Shown here: positions 8,070 to 15,716 of the stretch, piece after piece
How positions within the stretch are numbered: position 1 is the first letter of the stretch
How the letters are laid out: each line of letters begins with the position of its first letter
Assembly (NCBI GenBank): GCA_025839675.1
Contig: CP104013.1
Coordinates: forward strand, 3,120,001 to 3,152,000
DNA length: 32,000 bases
Origin: Candidatus Lokiarchaeum ossiferum
GTDB lineage: Archaea > Asgardarchaeota > Lokiarchaeia > Sigyniarchaeales > Promethearchaeaceae
Reading direction: 5' to 3'
Position numbers and translations under genes: made by a program
Notes under the pieces: generated by a model
Told to the model about the DNA's origin: nothing
The model's database searches: none
The model's input: only the letters and a program-made list of their open reading frames with translations

Positions 8070-8693
8070 TTAAAAACCAAAAACTTGACGAAAATCGCTG
8101 TAGGCTTTGCTCAACTTTGCGAGTACAGTAGGATCGTTTTGGTCAAGATAATATTGAATATAACCAGATAAACCATTAGGATCTTTTATCCATGATAGGA
8201 ATCCTTCAATCTCTTGTTTTACTGCTGAATCCCCTCCACCACTCGCACTTGCACCAACAACTTCGGCATCATCATATTTCCCCAACTGTGCATTAGGATC
8301 AAGATAAGTTCCACCTTCCTTCATTTGATTAGCAGCTCTTACAACATCAACGTAAGCGCTTTTCCCATCGACGCCAGGGGGAGCATATCCAAGAACATAA
8401 TATCTATCATTTTCATCTAAAGAGGCAGCTCCAAGAAGGAAGGATCTCTCTTTAAAATTGACTCCAGAAAAATATTCATCTGTATTCAATAAAAGAGAAT
8501 ACTTTATATCTTGAAATTTTACAAATTGACCGTGCGCTAACCACTTTTTTATACATTGTGCAATATCACTCGGCTCTACCGACCAATTTGATGAAATATA
8601 TACAATTTCTCCATCCTTTCGAGCCACAACAGCGGCAATGACAATTCCCTTGTTAAATAATTCGTTTATAATTCCTTCAAAATCGATTGGCAT
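8070..8693 (-). CDS. Profilin-like protein with ~70-aa C-terminal extension
   Basis: MPIDFEGIINELFNKGIVIAAVVARKDGEIVYISSNWSVEPSDIAQCIKKW...DIKYSLLLN...YYVLGYAPPGVDGKSAYVDVVRAANQM follows the profilin layout. That layout is an N-terminal helix, 'aaiig.dG.v.a.s..w.v.p.e', 'g.KY.vl', then the C-terminal helix. A Gly/Ser linker (GASASGGGDS) and a helical tail follow. A roadblock/LC7-like fold is the alternative. Confidence 0.55.
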   Translation of the reverse strand: MPIDFEGIINELFNKGIVIAAVVARKDGEIVYISSNWSVEPSDIAQCIKKWLAHGQFVKFQDIKYSLLLNTDEYFSGVNFKERSFLLGAASLDENDRYYVLGYAPPGVDGKSAYVDVVRAANQMKEGGTYLDPNAQLGKYDDAEVVGASASGGGDSAVKQEIEGFLSWIKDPNGLSGYIQYYLDQNDPTVLAKLSKAYSDFRQVFGF

Positions 8694-8731
8694 TTTCTAA
8701 CGATCTCCGTATTTCCGACTTAATCTCCTAT

Positions 8732-9235
8732 TTAATTAATTCGCTTTCTCCTTAATAAATTTTCAAATTTTTTTTTATCGTTGGGATCTTTCGTCTTTAA
8801 AATAAACCGATCTTGAAGAGTATCCAGCTTATTTTTGGTTTTATATTGACCAATATCCATGTTTGGAGCTTGCGAAAGATTCTGGTCATCCCATGAAATT
8901 AAATCAAGTACTTGATTAAAAAAATTATCATGGCGATCATCTTGTTTAACAAGTTTTTTTATGTGTAATTCTAATGCTGATTCCGAATCAAGAATTCTTC
9001 CACACACTGGACAAGTAAAGGTAATTTTTTCCAAAGATTTTAACTTATGATCCTGATAAGTTTCTTTCACTTCAAATTTCTTACGCTGTTTAGCAGGACA
9101 ATGATGAGGAAAGGGTCGTCCATATATGGGTAAATCAAAAAAGATTTTTGCACCTTTTGTACTTTCCCAAAATAGAACCGATTGGCCACATTTCCGACAT
9201 TTAGTAGGGAAAGACCGGAGTTTTATATGTTTCAT
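8732..9235 (-). CDS. Zinc-finger protein, hypothetical (two Cys/His clusters, basic C-terminus)
   Basis: Trimmed to the ATG at 9235 (MKHIKLRSFPTKCRKCGQ...), since the ORF-track start at 9358 is TTG. Clusters are CRKCGQ...PHHCP and FTCPVCGRILDSESALELHIKK (C2H-type). Only 38 nt separate it from the downstream profilin-like gene. Confidence 0.55.
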   Translation of the reverse strand: MKHIKLRSFPTKCRKCGQSVLFWESTKGAKIFFDLPIYGRPFPHHCPAKQRKKFEVKETYQDHKLKSLEKITFTCPVCGRILDSESALELHIKKLVKQDDRHDNFFNQVLDLISWDDQNLSQAPNMDIGQYKTKNKLDTLQDRFILKTKDPNDKKKFENLLRRKRIN

Positions 9236-9351
9236 GATCTTATAACCATAAAAGAAATGTAAGTTATCATAAGAAGTACGATGAAAAAAATTTTTATCAA
9301 ATAAAAAGAAACAATAATTCAAGTTGTAAAAGTGGAAGTTTAATAAAACCA

Positions 9352-9972
9352 ATGTCAAAAAAAACCATCTCGATCAACAGTGTTTTATGGAAGCGAATGA
9401 ACGCGTTAAAAAATGAATTGAATGAAAATTCAAAAAAAGTATATCATTGGAATGATACAATTGAACATATTTTAAACCACTACACAAATAATAAAGAACA
9501 GTTGAAGGAGAAAAAAAACGCAATACCAACACCACCGCAAAAATCCATAAGAAAACCTTCGAAACCATCTTTACCTCCATTGAATATATCGATACCTGCT
9601 CCAAAATTACCCAACTTAACCAAAAAAGGGAAGAATCCCATAATGTCAAAAGAAAATCTGAATTTAAGTATACCAGCACCTCCAAAAAAAAAAGCAATTG
9701 TTTTGGATGTCAGCCCTGAAAAATTGGAGGAATTAGCAAAAAAAGAAACAAAAGATACACGTTATATCATGATTGAATGCCAAATCTGTGGGAACATCCC
9801 AATTTTAATGCCAGTACCAAAAGCTCTAGTCCTAGATGCAAAGGAACCTGTTGTGGATGTATCATATATTCACGGCGATCCTCAACATGTTATTGTTGCA
9901 CAGTTAGATCATGATTTTCAAGTTCGACGAAGAAGAGCCAGTTGGGTAGTGTACGAGAAAGATTACAAGTAA
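9352..9972 (+). CDS. Hypothetical protein: N-terminal helical segment, Lys/Pro-rich low-complexity middle, C-terminal CxxC-containing domain
   Basis: MSKKTISINSVLWKRMNALKNELNE..., then the repeated LSIPAPxxK-type stretch (LNISIPAPKLP / LNLSIPAPPKK), then YIMIECQICGNIPILMPVP...IHGDPQHVIVAQLDHDFQVRRRR. Divergent from the zinc-finger gene. No family recognised. Confidence 0.5.
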   Translation: MSKKTISINSVLWKRMNALKNELNENSKKVYHWNDTIEHILNHYTNNKEQLKEKKNAIPTPPQKSIRKPSKPSLPPLNISIPAPKLPNLTKKGKNPIMSKENLNLSIPAPPKKKAIVLDVSPEKLEELAKKETKDTRYIMIECQICGNIPILMPVPKALVLDAKEPVVDVSYIHGDPQHVIVAQLDHDFQVRRRRASWVVYEKDYK

Positions 9973-9976
9973 ATTT

Positions 9977-10945
9977 CTATTTTTGGGAAAATTCTTTCCC
10001 TTTAATTAGGGCGGTTAATAGTCCATTTATCGGAGTTGGAACCCCGAGTTTTTTTCCCAAGATAACTATTTTTCCATTCAAAAACTCAATTTCGGTGGGG
10101 TTGCGTCGTATAAAATCCTGCAACATACTATTTTTATTTGCCGAGGTGGCATGAATAACATTATAAACATCCTGAAGATAATAGTTTTCATTTTGCAACT
10201 GCACTCCGAGTAGTTTAGCGACATTGATTGCTTCTTGAACTGCCATTTCACAATATTGGGTAAGTTCATTCACTTGGATTATTGATCCATTAGCGAGACC
10301 AGTTAAAGCACCAATCGCATTAATGCCAATATTGATAAATGCTTTTTTCCATATTTCTGCGTGAGAATTCGTTGCAATGGTGGTTGGTATTCCAGCAGAA
10401 TTTAATGCATCTACGAAATTTTTCATCTCCTTTGCTATTGAATGTGCTTCATCTGTGGAATTTGGATACCAAGGGCTAAGAAAAGTTTTACCTGCACCGC
10501 GATGTTCAACAGTACCATTACTAGATAAATAAGCACCATTTGAAGTAATCAACCGATAAATATGCATGTTTGGATAATGAGTATAAACAACTTCCTCATT
10601 GCCAAGTCCATTTTGTAAAAGAACTAGAGATTTCATTTTTGATAAGAGAGGTTTATACACTATACAAATGGAATCCAGATCGTAGGATTTTGCAGAAATT
10701 ATACATAAATTTGGGAGATTTGATTCATCTACCTTTAATAATTTTTCAAGGGGCGAGGCAAGGGCAAAATTTTCTACTTCGTGAATCGTTTTTCCAATAT
10801 CCTGTAGCTTTAATTTATGTTTTAATAAATAATTAGAAGTTTTTTTATCAGTATAAACCAATACTTGATTTCCTGACAAAGCAAGTTTTGCCCCAAAAAA
10901 AGATCCTATGCTACCCGCCCCTATAATTAAAAATTTCATATTCAT
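9977..10945 (-). CDS. panE: 2-dehydropantoate 2-reductase (ketopantoate reductase, ApbA/PanE family)
   Basis: N-terminal Rossmann motif KFLIIGAGSIGSFFGAKLA, length near 320 aa, C-terminal ...NKNSMLQDFIRRNPTEIEFLNG typical of PanE (S.l.D...g+.tEid.lnG). The ORF-track start at 10960 is TTG; ATGs lie at 10945 and 10939. Confidence 0.8.
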   Translation of the reverse strand: MNMKFLIIGAGSIGSFFGAKLALSGNQVLVYTDKKTSNYLLKHKLKLQDIGKTIHEVENFALASPLEKLLKVDESNLPNLCIISAKSYDLDSICIVYKPLLSKMKSLVLLQNGLGNEEVVYTHYPNMHIYRLITSNGAYLSSNGTVEHRGAGKTFLSPWYPNSTDEAHSIAKEMKNFVDALNSAGIPTTIATNSHAEIWKKAFINIGINAIGALTGLANGSIIQVNELTQYCEMAVQEAINVAKLLGVQLQNENYYLQDVYNVIHATSANKNSMLQDFIRRNPTEIEFLNGKIVILGKKLGVPTPINGLLTALIKGKEFSQK

Positions 10946-10969
10946 TATATCCTTAACCAAGATTCTTTA

Positions 10970-11938
10970 TTAATCTTTAAACCATCTATCAAGTTTCTGA
11001 TTTTGTTTTTGCACATGAGATAATTTTTGAGTTGCTTTCCTTGTTTTCTTTGAGGTAAATTTCTCAGAAAACAGCAAATTTACAACCTCTTGATCCTTAA
11101 TTGGTTTCAGATTCATCTCAGGCAAAATATCCATAGCATTTTTTACAGCATATCCGCTGAAGTGATTGTTAAAATACCCTACATGAGTAATCCGAGGATT
11201 TTGAGAATAAACTTCATTTAACTCAGATGCCCAATGAGCTAATTCTTCGTGAGAAAAATTGTAATTCCACCAAGGTTTCTTTCCGTATCCATGAAAGCGG
11301 AGATAAAAAAGGTCTTTTCGTGTAATTTCCATTACCGGTGGAAGGAGAGGTTCAACAACAGCACAATAGGCTACATTATACTTGCGAAGAAGTTCAAATG
11401 TTTTTTCCTTCATCCATGATTTATGACGGAATTCTACCACTGGACGGAATGATTCCTTAGTAAATGAGGATCCACATAGTTCTTTTCCTTTTGTTTCTCG
11501 CCATTCATTCCAATAATTTAAAAACGATTCCAAATTATGAGAAAAATTTAACTCCGAAAACGTAGGAGGAAGTTGGATGAGATGGGCCAATAATTTACTT
11601 TCTTTTTCAAGGGGAAGCATGTTTGTGAGATAGAGATGTAAATCCTCTATCATCTCTTGCTTTTGCAAACTCAATTTTGCCCTATGAGTGACCGTCTGCG
11701 GTAATTTTGCACTAAATTTAAATGTTTTCGGTGTTTTTTGACACCAATTCAAAACTGTTTTTTTAGAAGGGATATGATAAAAGCTGGAATCTATTTCAAC
11801 TGTTGGCAATATTTGGGAATAATATTCGAGAAATTGGGATGCAACTAAGTGATCTGGATAGAAAATACCTTTCCAATCATCTTTATAGCTCCATCCGCAT
11901 GTCCCAATTAAAAATTGTGCTGGTGGTTCCAAACTCAT
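10970..11938 (-). CDS. DUF72 (UPF0759 / YecE-like) family protein
   Basis: IGTCGWSYKDDWKGIFYP...LEYYSQILPTVEIDSSFYHIPSKKTVLNWCQKTPKTFKFSAKLPQTVTH is the characteristic DUF72 N-terminal signature (GtsGWsy..W.g.fYP ... vEin.tFY..p). Confidence 0.8.
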   Translation of the reverse strand: MSLEPPAQFLIGTCGWSYKDDWKGIFYPDHLVASQFLEYYSQILPTVEIDSSFYHIPSKKTVLNWCQKTPKTFKFSAKLPQTVTHRAKLSLQKQEMIEDLHLYLTNMLPLEKESKLLAHLIQLPPTFSELNFSHNLESFLNYWNEWRETKGKELCGSSFTKESFRPVVEFRHKSWMKEKTFELLRKYNVAYCAVVEPLLPPVMEITRKDLFYLRFHGYGKKPWWNYNFSHEELAHWASELNEVYSQNPRITHVGYFNNHFSGYAVKNAMDILPEMNLKPIKDQEVVNLLFSEKFTSKKTRKATQKLSHVQKQNQKLDRWFKD

Positions 11939-11993
11939 CTCTAGGTCACTTAAACAAATATTTTATTAAAAAGGTGGAGAGAGACTTAAAAAA

Positions 11994-12923
11994 TTAATTT
12001 CCATATATCTTTCCTAAATCTTTTTCTTGAGTTTTGGAATGATGTTGGGATTTTGTTTTGGAATGACGAATCACTTTAGGATTATTTGCTAGACTGGTTT
12101 TAAACATTTGATATTCATCAGCTTCAATGGAAAAACTATGATTTTGAGTGGGAAATTGAGTAGATTTTACGTCAGCAATATATTGAGAAGTTGAATTTAC
12201 AAGAATATCCCAAATTTTGGCGTATTGTTTTACAAATCTAAAAGGTTTTGTCTCGGAAAAACCCAACATATCTTGAGCTACAAGAACTTGTCCATCACAC
12301 CCCACTCCAGCACCAATTCCGATGGTAGGTATGTTAATATGCTTTGAGATCTCTTGGGCAACTTGCCAAGGGACCATTTCTAATACAATTGCGAATACAC
12401 CCGCTTCTTCCAAAATTAAGGCATCTTCAACGAGTCGTTCTGCGGCCATAGCATTCTTTCCCTGGAGTTTGAAACCTCCTAATTGATGCATATATTGAGG
12501 TGTTAGACCAATATGACCCATAACTGCGATACCACATTCTGTCATCATTTTGATGCTCTTGGCTCGTTCCCTTCCCCCTTCTAGTTTTACAGCGTCAGCA
12601 CGCCCTTCTTTAATAAAACGTCCAGCATTCCGGACCGCATCTTCAGGTAAGGCGAAACTCATAAATGGCATATCAGCTATCACCATGGTTCTTTTGGCTG
12701 CACGGGAAACGGCTTGAGTATGTCGAATTACGTCTTCCATTGTTACATGAAGGGTTGAATCTTCTCCATAAATGACCATCCCCATAGAATCACCCACAAG
12801 CAAGGCGTCAATTCCAGCGGAATCAAAAGCTCGAGCCATGCTATAATCATATGCAGTTAGCATTGTTATTTTTTCATTATTTTCTTTCATGGAAAGGAAA
12901 TCAAGGGTAGAAATTTTTTTCAT
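11994..12923 (-). CDS. panB: 3-methyl-2-oxobutanoate hydroxymethyltransferase (ketopantoate hydroxymethyltransferase)
   Basis: KITMLTAYDYSMARAFDSAGIDALLVGDSMGMVIYG...ADMPFMSF...VKLEGG...GHIGLTPQ are PanB hallmarks. The ORF-track start at 12932 is GTG, so I use the ATG at 12923. About 45 aa of basic C-terminal extension. Confidence 0.9.
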   Translation of the reverse strand: MKKISTLDFLSMKENNEKITMLTAYDYSMARAFDSAGIDALLVGDSMGMVIYGEDSTLHVTMEDVIRHTQAVSRAAKRTMVIADMPFMSFALPEDAVRNAGRFIKEGRADAVKLEGGRERAKSIKMMTECGIAVMGHIGLTPQYMHQLGGFKLQGKNAMAAERLVEDALILEEAGVFAIVLEMVPWQVAQEISKHINIPTIGIGAGVGCDGQVLVAQDMLGFSETKPFRFVKQYAKIWDILVNSTSQYIADVKSTQFPTQNHSFSIEADEYQMFKTSLANNPKVIRHSKTKSQHHSKTQEKDLGKIYGN

Positions 12924-13046
12924 AGGAACCACTAATAACTAAATACTTTTGCACTCAGAGCTTTTTCATAATTCAGACTTGTATAATTCGGACTAGTATA
13001 TACTAAAATAATTGCAACCATTTTATTCATCGAGGTGCAAAATATG

Positions 13047-13061
13047 ATATCACGATGTTAT
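13047..13061 (+). promoter_or_regulatory. Copy A of the conserved intergenic 15-mer ATATCACGATGTTAT (function unknown)
   Basis: Identical to the copy at 29873-29887 and 14/15 identical to the copy at 16972-16986. Lies in the panB upstream spacer, about 50 nt before the first direct repeat. Confidence 0.4.
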
Positions 13062-13112
13062 AACCAATATTAAATTATTTATCTATTAATTCAATAGATC
13101 AATTCATTTCAT

Positions 13113-13355
13113 AAATAGTAGTATTTTTGTCGATTTTTGTCAATGATCGTGCAACATATTTTTAAATAGTAATATCTATCGTATTTTGTCGATTAATGTC
13201 AGATTTTATTTTTCATTCCAAAGATCAAATTTTTTTGTTAAATAATACTATTTGGCGGTTTTTATCGGTTTTATTCGCAATTAGATTCAAAATTACACCT
13301 TAATTAAAATAGATAAAATAGTAATATTTAGCGATTAAGACGTTTTTTGTCGTTG
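13113..13355 (+). repeat. Four direct copies of a bipartite AT-rich element (box A AAATAGTAATAT, box B TTTTGTCGATT)
   Basis: Box A sits at 13113 (AAATAGTAGTAT), 13164 (AAATAGTAATAT), 13240 (AAATAATACTAT) and 13316 (AAATAGTAATAT). Each is followed within 0-14 nt by TTTTGTCGATT / TTTTGTCGATT / TTTTATCGGTT / TTTTGTCGTTG. Spacing is 51, 76 and 76 nt. Confidence 0.6.
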
Positions 13356-13357
13356 CT

Positions 13358-13735
13358 TTATTTAAGAACCTTTGACCATATAAAAAAATCAGAATCAAGT
13401 AAATCTTCTATTTCAAATTGATTCAACGCCAGAGCTATTTTATGCGCTAACAAATGCTTGCAGAAATGAAAACTTTTTTTCCGATAAATAGATGTCAATA
13501 AAAAGGATTGACATTGACAAAATATATCTGGATAAATGACATATTTACGTTTAGCACCCTGAACAGTCCACATTTCTAAATTGGAGGGGAAAAAAGTATG
13601 TTTTTTGATTTTTGGGCCACTTTTTTGTAGAAATTCAAGCGCTTTATAGAAAAGTTTCCCATATTCCTCTTCAAATTCCTTAATGAGTGAGGCGGTTAAT
13701 TTCCCTTCTTTCATTAATCTTGAAAAAATATCCAT
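13358..13735 (-). CDS. SWIM-type zinc-finger protein (125 aa)
   Basis: CQCQSFLLTSIYRKKSFHFCKHLLAH fits the SWIM signature CxCx(n)CxH. Confidence 0.65.
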   Translation of the reverse strand: MDIFSRLMKEGKLTASLIKEFEEEYGKLFYKALEFLQKSGPKIKKHTFFPSNLEMWTVQGAKRKYVIYPDIFCQCQSFLLTSIYRKKSFHFCKHLLAHKIALALNQFEIEDLLDSDFFIWSKVLK

Positions 13736-13849
13736 TAGTAATTAACCATATTTTTTTGTTGATTTAAAGTTATAAAATTAGGCAGTATTTTCAAATAAAT
13801 TTACTAAACCATCAAAACAATTTTAGAAAAAATAATTTCAAATTATGAT

Positions 13850-14332
13850 TCAACAAATCTTCAATTGGTAATTTTGTTTTCCTGCAATACATTTATCAAG
13901 AAAAGAAGCGAGCATCTCGATCTCAACCCCATTTTTCCCTATTACAAATTGTCGTAAATTTTTTGGAGCTGTAATAGTTATTTGATATGAAGAACCAATT
14001 GATTCCATGTCAATTTTCAATTCCTTAATATTGACATACCAATTTTTGATTAATTGAGAGAGATTCTGAGAGAATTTAATCAATCTAACATGGTACATTG
14101 TTCTATAACGCCGACTTTTAAGGTAATAATGCCATTGACGGTTTGCTCGGTCAAACTTATCGGGATCAATGAAAACAAAAAGCCGATCTTCATAGATATG
14201 AACAAATTTAAGTTTAGTTTTGATTTTGTTTTCAATAAATTGAATCCAACCGAGATGATTGTTTGTATAAAATATTTTAAAATTGATGACGTGAATTCGA
14301 TCAAGATCAAGGCTTATAGCTGTAGGAAGCAT
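13850..14332 (-). CDS. Hypothetical protein with C-terminal KH-like segment
   Basis: The C-terminus ITITAPKNLRQFVIGKNGVEIEMLASFL contains a KH-type GxxG loop (IGKNG). I do not recognise the N-terminal ~110 aa. Confidence 0.4.
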   Translation of the reverse strand: MLPTAISLDLDRIHVINFKIFYTNNHLGWIQFIENKIKTKLKFVHIYEDRLFVFIDPDKFDRANRQWHYYLKSRRYRTMYHVRLIKFSQNLSQLIKNWYVNIKELKIDMESIGSSYQITITAPKNLRQFVIGKNGVEIEMLASFLDKCIAGKQNYQLKIC

Positions 14333-14396
14333 GAATTTTTTTTCAAAAGCACAAATAAAAAATCCGATAAAAAATTTACAAAGATAGATTATTTCG

Positions 14397-15716
14397 ATGA
14401 AAATTTTAATGTTTCCAACAAGATTTTATCCTGCCATTTCTGGAGGAGATTTTTACCTAGAACGATTAGGTCGCGAATTGAAAAGGAAACAACTGCAAAA
14501 TAATCAAGTTCAATTCATTACAACAGACGCGATTGATTTTGCAGGTTTAAAAGGAAAGGGGAAAATCGTTGCTCCAAACCATAGATTTTTTTCTCGATAT
14601 AAGAATTTGCAGATCAAACGGTATCGGACTCATCCCTTGGAAAGAATGGTTCAAGAAAAATCGGAGGAAGAGCAAGAATTATACGAATTATGCCATAAAA
14701 TGTTAAAATTATCTTCTGAAACTATTGAACCCTTAATGGATAATGGTCCAATAATACCAGAATTAAATCAATTTCTCCTTAATAATAACCAAAATAAATC
14801 GATACTATACAATTTCAAGCCAGAAATCATGCATTGTACCTATTTACCATATACAACTCTTCTATATTGCTTGCTCTTAGGGAAAAAGATGAAAATTCCA
14901 ACTTGTGTGACTCCATTTTTACATGAGAATAATTTTCGATATAAAAACCAGGAATTATATAAAATTCTTGATCAATTTGATGCAATCTTAGCATGTACAA
15001 ATCATGAAAAGATGATCATGATCAAAAATGGAGTTTTGGAAGAAAAAATCCATGTTCTTCCAATGGGTGTAGATTCAAAACGATTTCAACAGGATCATAA
15101 AAAATTGGTTCGCAGATTGTATTCGATTGAGAATCCTGTGGTATTATTCTGTGGTTATAAGAACTATGAAAAAGGAGCATTAACACTCCTAAATACAATT
15201 CCTTTAATTATTAAGGAAAATTCGGCGATATCATTCATATTTATTGGACCTCCTACAACAGCTTTTAATTATACAGTTAAGAAAATTAAATCGAAATATC
15301 CCGCAGCTCAAATTCTTAATTTAACACCAGAAAATCTTACCGGAATTTATGATAAAAAGAAAATCGGAGCTTTTCAACTGGCCAAAGTTTTCTGTATGCC
15401 CAGCCGATCAGATGCCTATGGAATTGTCTTTTTGGAATCTTGGGCAAGTGGCACACCCGTTATTGCTGCGAACATCCCTGCTATGCATGAAGTCATTGAT
15501 AATCAAGAAGACGGAATACTAGTAGAATTTGATAATCCCAAGGCTCTAAAGAAAATTATTCTTGATCTTATAAATAATCCAGAAAAAGCCCAAACGATGG
15601 GTAAAAAAGGACAAAATAAAGTGGAAGAACAAAATCGCTGGGACATAATTGCCAAGCAAACTTTGAAAATATATCAAAAATTAATCAACTCAAGGGAACT
15701 CAATGAAAACAACTAA
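14397..15716 (+). CDS. Glycosyltransferase, GT-B fold, family 4-like
   Basis: The N-terminus MKILMFPTRFYPAISGGDFY and the C-terminal nucleotide-sugar binding region FCMPSRSDAYGIVFLESWASGTPVIAANIPAMHEVIDNQEDGILV (E-x7-E motif) are typical of GT4. Confidence 0.85.
   Translation: MKILMFPTRFYPAISGGDFYLERLGRELKRKQLQNNQVQFITTDAIDFAGLKGKGKIVAPNHRFFSRYKNLQIKRYRTHPLERMVQEKSEEEQELYELCHKMLKLSSETIEPLMDNGPIIPELNQFLLNNNQNKSILYNFKPEIMHCTYLPYTTLLYCLLLGKKMKIPTCVTPFLHENNFRYKNQELYKILDQFDAILACTNHEKMIMIKNGVLEEKIHVLPMGVDSKRFQQDHKKLVRRLYSIENPVVLFCGYKNYEKGALTLLNTIPLIIKENSAISFIFIGPPTTAFNYTVKKIKSKYPAAQILNLTPENLTGIYDKKKIGAFQLAKVFCMPSRSDAYGIVFLESWASGTPVIAANIPAMHEVIDNQEDGILVEFDNPKALKKIILDLINNPEKAQTMGKKGQNKVEEQNRWDIIAKQTLKIYQKLINSRELNENN

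Noticed and set aside
9236-9358. 41-codon extension of the zinc-finger ORF overlapping the start of the divergent gene at 9352
   Set aside because: The start is TTG and the peptide is a Phe/Asn/Tyr-rich translation of AT-rich promoter DNA. The internal ATG at 9235 leaves a normal 116-bp divergent promoter region.
13113-13355. Direct-repeat array considered as a CRISPR array
   Set aside because: There are only four units, the repeats are not identical and are bipartite, the spacing is irregular (51/76/76 nt), and the sequence is AT-rich with no palindromic repeat core and no cas genes in the window.
12933-13357. Spacer considered as a chromosomal replication origin
   Set aside because: This is not supportable from the window. 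No orc1/cdc6 or other initiator gene is adjacent. All repeats are in direct orientation rather than the inverted ORB pairs flanking a DUE, and they do not resemble known ORB/mini-ORB consensus sequences. I keep it only as one low-probability interpretation in the finding.
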